Shown here: positions 28,494 to 39,127 of the stretch, in pieces
Numbering within the stretch: position 1 is the first letter of the stretch
Layout of the letters: every line of letters starts with the position of its first letter
From: an uncultured Clostridia bacterium
Lineage (GTDB): Bacteria > Bacillota > Clostridia > TANB77 > CAG-508
DNA length: 64,000 nt
Direction of reading: 5' to 3'
NCBI GenBank assembly: GCA_944386695.1
Contig: CALXCB010000001.1
Span: 70,620-134,619 of the forward strand
The notes under the pieces: model-generated
What the model saw: only the letters and a program-made list of their open reading frames with translations
Database searches by the model: none
What the model was told of the DNA's origin: nothing
Position numbers and translations under genes: made by a program

Positions 28494-30149
28494 TTAATTT
28501 TTCTGTTTTGCTTTTTCAAACCTTTCTACTATCCTTTTCTTTCCTAAAACTTGCATTATTTCATACATATCTGGTGTATTTGCTCTTGATGTTAATGCAA
28601 TTCTTAAAACTGTACTTACATCCCCAACATGAGCTTTGTATTTATCTGGGTTTGCTTTAAATTCTTTTACTTCTGTTGCATATCCCATTTCTCCTGATAA
28701 TTGTTTTATTTTATTAAACCATGTTTGTTTATCATCTTCTGGATTGTAATATTTTTCAATATATAAATCTAAAATTTTATTTATATATTGTTTATCATTG
28801 ATTACTTGATATGGATATTCTTGCTCAGTTTCAAAAAATTTGTTATCATACATATATATAATGTTCTCTTTTACATCTGCCCATTTTGCTATATCTTTAC
28901 GAGGTTTTGTATTTCCTCTTTCGATTCCTAATACTTTTAGAGAATATTCTTTATCTTTTAACATTTCTTCTAGTTCTTCATCATGTCTATTTGCCCATTC
29001 TAATGACTTTTCATATACTTCTTCTGCTGTCATTTTTGATATAACAATTTTGGATACATCTTGTAGTTTTACCATATCAAATAAAGCTCCACTAACACTC
29101 ATCTTATTTAAATTAAAATCAAATTCTTCTAGTTTTGCATCTTTGTTTTGTTTTCTCCAATTTTCAAAGTTAGAGTTTGCTATATTTAATAAATATTCTT
29201 TTACTGCTAAACTTGGAATACCTAATTCTTCATAGTAACTTACTGCTGCTTCTGGATCCTTTCTCTTGCTTAATTTTCTTTTATTTCCATTATCATTTTT
29301 CATTATTGGTGAAATATGTGCATATTTAGGTGCCTTAAATCCCATTTCTTGGAATAATTGTAAATGCAATGGTACTGAAGAAAGCCATTCATCACTTCTT
29401 ATTACATGTGTAGTTCCCATCAAATGGTCATCTACTGCATGTGCAAAATGATATGTTGGTAATCCATCTGATTTTATAATAATTACATCTTGGTCATTTT
29501 CTGGGAATTCTACATTTCCTTTTATTATGTCTTTATGTTTTATTTTCCTATCTTCTCTTCCAGGTGACTTAAACCTTATTATATATGGAACTCCTGCTTT
29601 TATTTTTTCTGCCATTTCATCTAATGATAAGTTTCTATATTTTGCCCAAACTCCATAATATCCTGTTCTAACTTTTGCCGCTTCTTGCTTTGCTCTCATT
29701 TCTTCTAGCTCTTCAGGTGTTGCAAAACATGGATATGCTTTTCCTTGCTCTAGCATATATTTAGCATATGATTGATATATGTCTTTTCTTAAAGATTGTT
29801 TATATGGTCCATATTCTCCTATTTCTTCTGTATCTGTTACCATTCCTTCATCTGGAGCCATATCGAAATCTTTTAATGAGTTTACTATTCCAGTAACACC
29901 ATTTGCTACTTCTCTTTTTTGGTCTGTATCTTCAACTCTTAAGAAAAATACTCCATTTGTTTTTTTAGCAACAGTTCTTGCTACTAATGCTTGATATAGT
30001 CCTCCAATATGCACAAATCCTGTTGGACTTGGTGCAAATCTTGTTACTACTGCTCCTTCAGATAAGTTTCTTCTTGGATATTTTTTTTCATAGTAATCAA
30101 TTTCTTTTACATCTGGATATATTAAATCTGCTAGTTCTTTGTATGTCAT
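28494..30149 (-). CDS. gltX: Glutamate--tRNA ligase (long form)
   Basis: Class I HIGH motif (PSPTGFVHIGG) and KMSKS variant (KLSKRK). Confidence 0.85.
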   Translation of the reverse strand: MTYKELADLIYPDVKEIDYYEKKYPRRNLSEGAVVTRFAPSPTGFVHIGGLYQALVARTVAKKTNGVFFLRVEDTDQKREVANGVTGIVNSLKDFDMAPDEGMVTDTEEIGEYGPYKQSLRKDIYQSYAKYMLEQGKAYPCFATPEELEEMRAKQEAAKVRTGYYGVWAKYRNLSLDEMAEKIKAGVPYIIRFKSPGREDRKIKHKDIIKGNVEFPENDQDVIIIKSDGLPTYHFAHAVDDHLMGTTHVIRSDEWLSSVPLHLQLFQEMGFKAPKYAHISPIMKNDNGNKRKLSKRKDPEAAVSYYEELGIPSLAVKEYLLNIANSNFENWRKQNKDAKLEEFDFNLNKMSVSGALFDMVKLQDVSKIVISKMTAEEVYEKSLEWANRHDEELEEMLKDKEYSLKVLGIERGNTKPRKDIAKWADVKENIIYMYDNKFFETEQEYPYQVINDKQYINKILDLYIEKYYNPEDDKQTWFNKIKQLSGEMGYATEVKEFKANPDKYKAHVGDVSTVLRIALTSRANTPDMYEIMQVLGKKRIVERFEKAKQKN

Positions 30150-30172
30150 TTTTTCTCTTCCTTTCTAAAATT

Positions 30173-32134
30173 CTATATCTCCATCACAATTGGGATAATC
30201 ATAGGATTTCTTTTAGTTTTTGAGAAAATATACTCTCTTAAATTTTCTCTAATAGAATTCTTGATTGTTGTCCAATCTCGAATACCTTGTTCTTCACATC
30301 TATGAACTTCGTGTCTCACAACTTGTTTGATATCTTCCATTACATTTTCAGACTCTCTTACATAAACAAATCCTCTTGATATAACATCTGGACCTGCTAT
30401 AACTTCTCCTGAAGCGCCGTTCATAGTCAAAACAACAATAATTAAACCATCTTGTGACAAATGTTGTCTATCTCTTAAAACAACATTTCCTACATCTCCA
30501 ATACCAAGACCATCTACTAAGACGATTCCGGATTGTACTGAGCCTGTAAATTCAGCACTATTTTTATCCATTTCTAATATTTTACCATTCTCTAATTTAA
30601 ATATATTTTCTTTTGGAACTCCCATCATTTTAGCTGTTTCACTATGTGCAATTAAATGTCTATATTCTCCATGAACTGGTATAAAATATTTTGGCTTTGT
30701 AAGAGCTAATATTAATTTTTGTTCTTCTTGACAAGCATGTCCTGAAACATGAACATCTTCTAATGCAGAATACACAACTTCTGCTCCTATTTGCATTAAT
30801 GAATCTATTACCTTAGAAACACTTTTTTCATTTCCAGGAATCGGATTTGCTGAAATAATTACTAAGTCATTTGGTGTTATTTTCACTTTTCTGTGTGTTC
30901 CTGATGCCATTCTTGTTAATGCTGACATTGTTTCTCCTTGACTTCCTGTAGTTATAATTAATAATTGCTCATCTGTATAATTATTTATCATATCTATATC
31001 AATAAATATATTATCTGGACAATTAATATAACCTAGTTCTCTTGCTGTTGTTATCATATTTATCATGCTTCTACCACAAACAGCTATTTTCCTCTTATAT
31101 TGTACAGCACAATTTACAATTTGTTGAACTCTGTGTACGTTTGATGCAAATGTTGCAACTACAATTCTTTTTGTGCAATTTGTAAATAGTTTTTCAAACA
31201 CTTCTCCAACAGAACTTTCAGACATTGTAAATCCTTTTCTTTCTGAATTTGTGGAATCTGACATTAAAGCTAGAATTCCTTTATCTCCAAGTTCTGCCAA
31301 ACGGCCTAAGTTCATTAATTTGCCATCCATCGGAGTATAATCCACTTTAAAGTCTCCTGTGTGTAAAACTGTTCCTACTGGAGTATGAATTGCAAGCATA
31401 ACTGAATCTGGTATACTATGTGAACTTTGTATAAATTCAACTTTAAAATGTTTTCCAAGTTTTATTGTTTCTCCAGGATTTACTTCATTTAGTTTTGTAG
31501 AATCTGTAAGTCTATGTTCCTCTAATTTATTTTTTATTAAACCTAAAGTTAATCTAGTTCCATAAATTGGAGTATTAACTTGTTTTAGAAAATATGGTAC
31601 CCCTCCTATATGATCTTCATGTCCATGTGTAATTACCATTCCTTTTAATTTTTCTTGATTTTTTACAACATATGTTATATCTGGAATAACTAAATCTACT
31701 CCTAACATATCATCTTCTGGAAATGACAAACCACAGTCTACTACTATCATTTCTTCATCATATTGGAAAACCGTGATATTCTTTCCGACTTCATGTAATC
31801 CTCCTAATGGAATTATTTTTAATCTTGGTTTTTTAAATCTTACTTTTTCACTTACTTTTCTCAAAGCTTTTTCTTTTGGCATCTCTTTTAAAGATGCTTC
31901 TTTTTTTACTGTTAGTGACTTACTTTCTTTTCTTTCTTCTTTATTGATCTCCTTTTTATTATTTACTCTTCCGCTCTTTCTTTTTGAACCTTTCTCTTCT
32001 TGGAACTCATTGCTTTTTTTCTCTTCTTTTAGATCATCTTTAATATTATTCCTATTATAATTTCTTTTATTTGTCTTTCTCCTGACACTTTTTATTTTAC
32101 TATCTGAGTTTTCTAATTCTTTTTTTTCCTTCAT
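30173..32134 (-). CDS. rnj: Ribonuclease J with a ~95-aa Lys-rich N-terminal extension
   Basis: KIIPLGGLHEVGKN, ITHGHEDHIGG, beta-CASP and the C-terminal domain are all present. Confidence 0.92.
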   Translation of the reverse strand: MKEKKELENSDSKIKSVRRKTNKRNYNRNNIKDDLKEEKKSNEFQEEKGSKRKSGRVNNKKEINKEERKESKSLTVKKEASLKEMPKEKALRKVSEKVRFKKPRLKIIPLGGLHEVGKNITVFQYDEEMIVVDCGLSFPEDDMLGVDLVIPDITYVVKNQEKLKGMVITHGHEDHIGGVPYFLKQVNTPIYGTRLTLGLIKNKLEEHRLTDSTKLNEVNPGETIKLGKHFKVEFIQSSHSIPDSVMLAIHTPVGTVLHTGDFKVDYTPMDGKLMNLGRLAELGDKGILALMSDSTNSERKGFTMSESSVGEVFEKLFTNCTKRIVVATFASNVHRVQQIVNCAVQYKRKIAVCGRSMINMITTARELGYINCPDNIFIDIDMINNYTDEQLLIITTGSQGETMSALTRMASGTHRKVKITPNDLVIISANPIPGNEKSVSKVIDSLMQIGAEVVYSALEDVHVSGHACQEEQKLILALTKPKYFIPVHGEYRHLIAHSETAKMMGVPKENIFKLENGKILEMDKNSAEFTGSVQSGIVLVDGLGIGDVGNVVLRDRQHLSQDGLIIVVLTMNGASGEVIAGPDVISRGFVYVRESENVMEDIKQVVRHEVHRCEEQGIRDWTTIKNSIRENLREYIFSKTKRNPMIIPIVMEI

Positions 32135-32372
32135 ATAAATTCTTCGCTCCCTTAATAATTTTATTTAAAATCTTAACCATAGAAATATAGGACCTTAAAA
32201 TATAATTTTTAAAAGGTCTTGCTTTATTTTAATTTTATCTCATTTCTTTTTTTGGTTTAAAATCTCATTTTTTATGCACATCATTATATCATTATTTAGA
32301 CTTAAAGTCAAATTATTGAATTGTCATTTTTTTATAGGATTTCCAAATTTTATAAAATTATTACTAAATAAT

Positions 32373-32408
32373 AAACATTCCCAATTATCTATTTTACAGG
32401 GAATGTTT
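32373..32408 (-). terminator. Hairpin downstream of uvrA
   Basis: aaacattccc ... gggaatgttt with flanking T/A runs. Confidence 0.55.
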
Positions 32409-32424
32409 TTTTTGAATAATTTCT

Positions 32425-35296
32425 CTATAGATATTTTATTAAAAATTTACCAGTATAACTCCTTTCATTTTTACAAATCTGCTCTGGCGTTCCAACGGCT
32501 ATAACTTCTCCGCCACCTTCGCCACCTTCTGGACCTAAGTCAATAATATGATCACATGTTTTTATTAAATCTAAGTTGTGTTCAATTACAATGGCTGTAT
32601 TTCCTGTATCTACTAATCTTTGCAATATATTTACTAATCTATGAACATCTGCTATATGAAGACCTGTCGTTGGCTCATCTAAAATATATAGTGTTTTTCC
32701 TGTTGCTCTTTTTGAAAGTTCTGTTGCAAGTTTTACACGTTGAGCTTCTCCTCCTGATAGGGTAGTTGAACTTTGTCCAAGTTTGATATATCCTAAACCT
32801 ACATCATATAATGTCTGTATTTTATTTTTGATTTTAGGAATTTTATCAAAAAATTCTAGGGCTTCTTCAACTGTCATATCTAATACATCTGCTATATTTT
32901 TTCCTTTGAATTTTATCTCTAATGTTTCATGATTATATCTTTTTCCTTTACATACTTCACAAGGCACATATACATCTGGTAAGAAGTGCATTTCTATTTT
33001 ATGAACTCCATCACCTTGACAGCTTTCACATCTTCCTCCTGGAACATTAAAGCTAAATCTTCCTTTTTTATATCCTCTTAATTTTGCCTCATTTGTCTCA
33101 GCAAATATATTTCTTATTTCATCAAATACACCTGTATATGTTGCAGGGTTGCTTCGTGGAGTTCTTCCTATTGGAGATTGATCTATGTTGATTATTTTAT
33201 CTATATTAGATATTCCTTTAACCTCTTTACATTTTCCTGGTTTTTCGTTTGATTTATTTATTTTTTGCGCTATTGTTTTATATAAAATTTCGTTTATTAA
33301 TGTTGATTTTCCAGAACCTGAAACTCCTGTAATACAAGTAAATACTCCCAATGGAAATTTAACATCTATATTCTTTAGATTATGCTCTGTAGCACCCTTT
33401 ACTTCTATATATTTTCCTTTTGTAGGCTTTCTACGCTTTTTAGGTACTTCTATTCTCTTTCTTCCACTTAAGTATTGCCCTGTTATGGAATTTTCTACCT
33501 TTTTTATTTCCTCTGCTGTTCCGTGTAGCCATAATATTTCCACCATGAACTCCAGCACCTGGTCCTATATCAATTATCTCATCTGCTGCATACATCGTAT
33601 CCTCATCATGTTCTACTACAATTAAAGTATTACCTAAATCTCTTAATTTTTTTAATGTTGCTAATAGTTTATCATTATCTCTTTGATGTAATCCAATACT
33701 TGGTTCATCTAAAATATATAAAACTCCTGTTAAACCTGATCCGATTTGTGTTGCTAATCTTATTCTTTGTGATTCTCCTCCTGATAATGTACCATTACTT
33801 CTTGAAAGTGTTAAATATTCTAGTCCCACATCTATTAAAAATTGAAGTCTTTTATCTATTTCTCTTAAAATTAATTCTGATATCATTTTGTCTTTTTCTG
33901 ATAGTTCCAAATTTCTTAGATATTCTTGTATTTTATTTATTGCCATTCCTGTTAATTCATTTATGTTTTTATCTCCTATTTTTATAGATAATACTTCTTT
34001 TTTTAGTCTTGATCCTTTACAAGTTGGACATTCTAAGTTACTCATATACATTTCATAAAAGTCTCTCATTCCTTGTGATTTTGTTTCACTATGTCTTCTC
34101 TCTAATGTTGGAATTACACCTTCGAATGGAGCAGTGAATTTTCTTACTCCATAAGCTGATTCATATTCAAAGTCAATTGCCTCATCTGTTCCATAAAGTA
34201 TTTTTTCTAAAAATTCTCTTGGCAATTTTTTTATTGGTTTTGTTATATCTACATTATAATGTCTTCCTATTGATTCAAAATACATTTTAGCCATTGTTTC
34301 ACCTTTTTTCATTGTACTTGAACCAAAGGCTTTTACTCCGTCATATAGGGTTTTGTCTTTTTCTGGTATGATTAAATCTTCATCTATTTTCATAAGATAT
34401 CCTATACCTAAGCAGTCCGGACAAGCGCCAAATGGGGCATTAAACGAGAACATTCTTGGTGTAAGCTCTGGGAAACTAAATCCACAATCTGGACAAGCAT
34501 AGTTACAACTAAATAAAATTTCTATGCTTCCATCTTCTTTTTTTATTCCACCAAAATTACTTAAATCTAAACCTTCTTTAGGTATAACTGAAATTACAAC
34601 TAGATTTTCTGCATTTTTTAATGCTATCTCTACTGATTCTGTTAATCTACTTCTTATATCGTCTCTTATTACCAATCTGTCTACTACTAATTCAATATGA
34701 TGCTTTTTGTTTTTATCTATTGATATTTCGTCTGATAAATCATATATTTCATCATCTATTTTTACTCTTACAAACCCTTCTTTTCTAAAATGGTCTAATT
34801 CTTTTCTATATTCTCCTTTTCGACCTCTAACTATTGGTGCTAATATTTGTATTCTTGTACCTTCTGGAAGTGTCAGTACTTTGTCTATAATTTGGTCAAT
34901 TGATTGTTTTTCTATTTTTTTACCACAGTTTGGACAATATGGAACTCCGATTCTTGCATATAGTAAACGAATATAGTCATATATTTCTGTTACTGTTCCA
35001 ACTGTTGAACGAGGATTTTTTGATGTTGTTTTTTGATCTATTGATATTGCTGGAGAAAGTCCATCTATTCTTTCTACATCTGGCTTTTCCATTATTCCTA
35101 AAAATTGTCTCGCATATGAAGATAGACTTTCTACATATCTTCTTTGTCCTTCTGCATATAATGTATCAAATGCCAAAGATGATTTTCCAGACCCCGAAAG
35201 TCCTGTAACTACTATTAATTTATCTCTTGGTATTTCTAAACTTATATTTTTTAAATTGTGTACTTTTGCACCTTTTATTATTATTTTATCATTCAT
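32425..35296 (-). CDS. uvrA: Excinuclease ABC subunit UvrA, frame interrupted (+1 needed) at CGG 33521-33523
   Basis: ORF 33440..35296 is the N-terminal half (GLSGSGKSS, zinc fingers, LSGGESQR). ORF 32425..33558 is the C-terminal half ([29 protein letters not shown]). Confidence 0.95.
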
Positions 35297-35555
35297 CTTT
35301 TTTGCCCCTTAATTCATTTTTTAACCGAACATTATTTTACCACAAATATTTTAAAATATCAATAAAATTATGACTTTTTAAATATTTTTTAGTGATTGCT
35401 TACTTGCTATAAATTTTTCCTTATGATAAAATCATATAATAAAGGTATAAATACTTTTTATATAACTAAAAATGATGTAAATCACGGTGGTTTTGCAGAA
35501 GCTGTTTATAATTTTATAAAATTTTAAAATTTTGAGAGTACATTATGTACTCTCT

Positions 35556-36428
35556 TTAAACAATAAATTTTTCAATTGCTTTTGCTACACCTTCATTATT
35601 ATTGTCTTCTGTTATAAAATCTGCTACTTGCTTAACAGCAGGTGTGCTTCCTTTCATCGTTACTCCAAGTCCTGCTTCTTCTATCATTTTTTTATCATTC
35701 ATATTATCTCCAATAGTCATCACTTCTTCTTTTTGAATTCCAAGTTTATTTATTAAAAATTCTATAGCATACCATTTATCAACATCTTTCATAGAAATCT
35801 CAGTATAGTAATATTCTATTGGAACCTCTATTGTACCATGTTTTATTATTTTTCTTGACATATGTGATATATCTAAAAAATCTAATTCAGTCATATCTGA
35901 AAATTTCTTTATAATAGAATTAAAAACAGATCTTGTGCCATCACATATGAAAATTTTCATAATTTTCTCATCTTTCATCTCTTCTATATATTTTTGAACA
36001 TTATCAACTAATGTAATTCGAGTCTTTTTAGAATCTTCTTTTTTTAAATTTTCTTTATAATAATATAAAACATTATATCTTAAACTATCTGCGATTATTG
36101 ATTTATTTGTATATATATTATAATAAATACTATTTTGCTCACATATCTTTATTATATTTAGTGCTTTTGCCTTTGGTATATATTTTTCATATAAAATTTT
36201 TCCACTTTTTATATCATATACAACAGCTCCATTTCCTGCTATCATATACTTTGAACTTCCTACCTCTTCTGCTATAGATTTTATAGAATCTATACTCCTT
36301 CCAGATGCAATTACTACATCTGTTCCTTTTTGTATTGTTTGTTTTATTACTCTTTTTGTATTTTCTGTAACCTCACCATAACTATTTAACATTGTGCCAT
36401 CAAGGTCTACAGCTATCATTTTATACAT
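35556..36428 (-). CDS. Cof-type HAD-IIB phosphatase
   Basis: IAVDLDGTMLNS (DxDGT) and GDNMNDKKMIEEAG motifs. Confidence 0.85.
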   Translation of the reverse strand: MYKMIAVDLDGTMLNSYGEVTENTKRVIKQTIQKGTDVVIASGRSIDSIKSIAEEVGSSKYMIAGNGAVVYDIKSGKILYEKYIPKAKALNIIKICEQNSIYYNIYTNKSIIADSLRYNVLYYYKENLKKEDSKKTRITLVDNVQKYIEEMKDEKIMKIFICDGTRSVFNSIIKKFSDMTELDFLDISHMSRKIIKHGTIEVPIEYYYTEISMKDVDKWYAIEFLINKLGIQKEEVMTIGDNMNDKKMIEEAGLGVTMKGSTPAVKQVADFITEDNNNEGVAKAIEKFIV

Positions 36429-36465
36429 TTTCTTCTCTTGTTCCTTTCTGTCAATTGGGACCGGG

Positions 36466-36502
36466 TCTTTTTTGTCATGACATTTGGGACCGGGTCTTTT
36501 TT
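36466..36502 (+). repeat. Two direct copies of TGGGACCGGGTCTTTTTT, 19 bp apart
   Basis: Copies at 36466-36483 and 36485-36502, separated by the palindrome GTCATGAC. Lies in the divergent Cof/SASP intergenic region. Confidence 0.7.
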
Positions 36503-36762
36503 GGCGTTTTTATTTTCTATTATACCCGTATTTTATCTTTTTTACAATATTAAATTTTGTAAATTTTAAGTTATATTTTTCATTTCTTAAAAATTTCCAT
36601 TTTTTTTCTGTTTAAATTCTTTTTTTTTGCATATTCTATATTTAGAAAAAAGAAAACTTTTTTCTGTAAAAATGAAACACTAACTATTTTGATAAATTTT
36701 ACATTAATAATATAGGTTTCGTATGTTTTTAAATGTTAATATTAACAGGAGGTGAAATTAAA

Positions 36763-36972
36763 ATGGCTAATACAAACAACAGTAACAAAAAATTAGTTCC
36801 AGAAGCTATGGATGCTTTAGAAAAATTCAAATATGAAGTAGCTAGTGAAGTTGGAGTTACACTAAAAGATGGTTACAATGGTGATATATCTTCTAGAGAT
36901 GCTGGAAGAATCGGTGGTAACATGGTTAAGAAAATGATACAACAAGTTGAAAACAACATGGCTAATAAATAA
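36763..36972 (+). CDS. Small acid-soluble spore protein, alpha/beta type
   Basis: LVPEAMDALEKFKYEVASEVGV and GG.MVKKMI motifs. AGGAGG RBS sits before the ATG at 36763. Confidence 0.9.
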   Translation: MANTNNSNKKLVPEAMDALEKFKYEVASEVGVTLKDGYNGDISSRDAGRIGGNMVKKMIQQVENNMANK

Positions 36973-37109
36973 GTTTTAAATAACTTATTAGATTTAATTG
37001 CTAGAAAGGTTATCATGATTCGATATGTTTTCTAGTTAGCTTAAGGCAGAAGTATTATTCTTGGTTTTATAGTTCTATTTTGAGTGGTTCGTCCAAAAAG
37101 TAGATACAT

Positions 37110-37138
37110 AAAGGCAGGAGTTGTGCTCCTGCCTTTTT
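37110..37138. terminator. Bidirectional terminator between the SASP gene and the convergent SSB-like gene
   Basis: aaaggcaggag ttgtg ctcctgccttttt. Confidence 0.75.
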
Positions 37139-37159
37139 ATTCTTCTATTTCACCATAGC

Positions 37160-37792
37160 CTATTCCATTTTGCATAACTTGCTAATGCTAACTTCATAGG
37201 CTATTCTCTCCTCTTCTTTTCCCGAATCCGGGAGTTTTTTTATGTATTCCCTAGATTGGATTCGACCTTTAAATTGGATTTCATCTCCAACTTGAAGGCT
37301 TGCCGCCAACACCGCATCTTCATTCCATACTATACACGGAATGTAGTCTGATTTTATATATTGGCGGTTTACTGCAACCATTAGGTCTGTTATATCTCGG
37401 CCTAATGGTGTTTTTCTGAAAATTGGTGGTTTGCAGATAAAGCCATGTGTTATTTTTATAATGTTTTCATCTTCGGAATTATATTCATCAAGAATATTCA
37501 TTTCCCTAACGAAAACATTTAAAATTAAATGGCTTCTACCATCAAGGTCTTTTTTGTTGTAAGACCTAAAATGACCTTTAGCTTCTACGATATCACCTTT
37601 GTTAGGTTGTATCGTTTTTAGTACCTTTTCAGATACCAGAATTGGAACAATATCTTTTTTACCACTAATCCTAGTGGTTTTTATAGTGTTCCGATAAAAA
37701 ACTTCTTCATACATCATATGACTATATTGGAAGTCTCCATCAAGCCTGCCTATTACTTGTACCTGGTTGTTAGTCTTTTCCATTGTTCTCAT
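37160..37792 (-). CDS. Tandem-OB-fold SSB-like protein (paralog 1)
   Basis: Two OB units. The C-terminal unit has SSB-like AVNR..DYIPCIVW..GDEI.FKGRIQSREY. About 40% GC versus a ~25% background. Confidence 0.55.
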   Translation of the reverse strand: MRTMEKTNNQVQVIGRLDGDFQYSHMMYEEVFYRNTIKTTRISGKKDIVPILVSEKVLKTIQPNKGDIVEAKGHFRSYNKKDLDGRSHLILNVFVREMNILDEYNSEDENIIKITHGFICKPPIFRKTPLGRDITDLMVAVNRQYIKSDYIPCIVWNEDAVLAASLQVGDEIQFKGRIQSREYIKKLPDSGKEEERIAYEVSISKLCKME

Positions 37793-37809
37793 CTTTTTTC
37801 CTCCTGTTT

Positions 37810-38403
37810 TTACAATATATGCATTTTTTCTACATAGATTTCATATGCTACTCGTCTCTCAGAACATTTTAGATATTCTCGAGACTGTATCATTCCTTCA
37901 AGCTGAATTTCATCTCCAACTTGAAGTTTTGCAGCAATTTTTGCATTATCTCCCAATGTCATGCATGGAAGATAATCACTTTTGCTATATGACCTATTTA
38001 CTGCTATTAACAAATTTGTTATTTGCTCATGGCAGTATGGTTCTTTACAAACAAAACCACTTTTTATTGTGATTTTATTTGTCATTTCAAACTCAGACTC
38101 ATTCAAAAACCAGATCTCTAATACAAACACATATAATTTTAAATGTGTTCTTCCATCAGAACCTATTTTATCATTATAGGAATTAAATCTCCCTTTTATT
38201 CCCATAATTTTTCCCTGGTTGAACAGGCTTACATCTACTAGCCTTTCCGAGACTAATATAGGAATAAAATCATTTCCTACGATCAGTCTATTTTCATAAA
38301 AGTTCTCACCATAAAGTGTATGGCTATACTCAAATTCTTTCTCGAGTTTGCCAACAACTACCACTTCATTATTGGACCGAAGTCCTTTCTTTCTACTTTT
38401 CAT
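37810..38403 (-). CDS. Tandem-OB-fold SSB-like protein (paralog 2)
   Basis: Collinear with 37160..37792 (VVVVGKL..YSH.LYGENFY..IPILVSE..GRFNSYN..AVNRSY.KSDYLPC..GDEIQLEGMIQSREY). Confidence 0.55.
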   Translation of the reverse strand: MKSRKKGLRSNNEVVVVGKLEKEFEYSHTLYGENFYENRLIVGNDFIPILVSERLVDVSLFNQGKIMGIKGRFNSYNDKIGSDGRTHLKLYVFVLEIWFLNESEFEMTNKITIKSGFVCKEPYCHEQITNLLIAVNRSYSKSDYLPCMTLGDNAKIAAKLQVGDEIQLEGMIQSREYLKCSERRVAYEIYVEKMHIL

Positions 38404-38592
38404 GTTTTTTCCTCCGTTTTATTTCTTTTGTTTTATCTGCCACAATAGAAGAATATTCTGTTTTTTACACACAAAAATTTCTTGTATGTATTATAAAATA
38501 AAGAAAGAACTTCTTCATTTTGTAACAGTATAAGTAACTCCATTATTATACCATTATTTCATATTTTTGTAAAGTTATGTAAACGAAAAGTG

Positions 38593-39027
38593 TTATATAT
38601 TGGGTATTGCATTTCTTGCAAGTTCATCACATCTATTATTTAATTCAACATCACTATGACCTTTGACTTTATTAAAATTCACTTTATGTTTTTTAGTTAA
38701 ATCATATAATTCTTGCCATAATTCCTGATTTTTAACAGCCTCTCCACTAGCTGTTTTCCAACCTTTTTTTATCCAATTATAAATCCAGCCTTGATTAAAA
38801 CTATTAACACAATAACTGCTGTCACTATATATTTCAACTTCACATTGCTGTTTTAAAGCCTTTAGACCTTCTATAATTGCTGTAAGTTCCATTATGTTAT
38901 TTGTAGTATTTTTACTTCCTCCAGAAATTTCTTTTTTTAATTCTCCCGAAATTAATATAGCTGCCCAGCCACCAGGTCCTGGATTTCCTGAACAAGCACC
39001 ATCAGTATAAATTATAACTTTTTGCAT
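38593..39027 (-). CDS. rnhA: Ribonuclease HI
   Basis: IYTDGACSGNPGPGGWA, ..TNN.MEL.A, ..SDS.Y and GH.D...N..D motifs. Confidence 0.92.
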   Translation of the reverse strand: MQKVIIYTDGACSGNPGPGGWAAILISGELKKEISGGSKNTTNNIMELTAIIEGLKALKQQCEVEIYSDSSYCVNSFNQGWIYNWIKKGWKTASGEAVKNQELWQELYDLTKKHKVNFNKVKGHSDVELNNRCDELARNAIPNI

Positions 39028-39084
39028 TCTTTTTTCTCCTTCTTTTTTCTCAAAAAGAAACTATCTTAATGAGAAATTTTTTAA

Positions 39085-39120
39085 AAAGAAACGGTCCTTT
39101 TGAAAAAAAGACAGTTTCTT
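39085..39120 (-). terminator. Intrinsic terminator after glgP
   Basis: Minus strand reads agaaactgtc ... gaccgtttct, followed by TTTT. Confidence 0.6.
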
Positions 39121-39127
39121 TTTCTAA

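Noticed and set aside
30150-30172. Looked for a T-box leader upstream of gltX.
   Set aside because: Only 23 nt separate the rnj stop from the gltX start, so there is no room for a ~200-nt leader. gltX appears co-transcribed with rnj.
35325-35345. Possible LexA (Cheo-type) box upstream of uvrA (GAACATTATTTT).
   Set aside because: Only one good half-site (GAAC) is present. The second half deviates from GTTC/GTTT, so the match is too weak to call.
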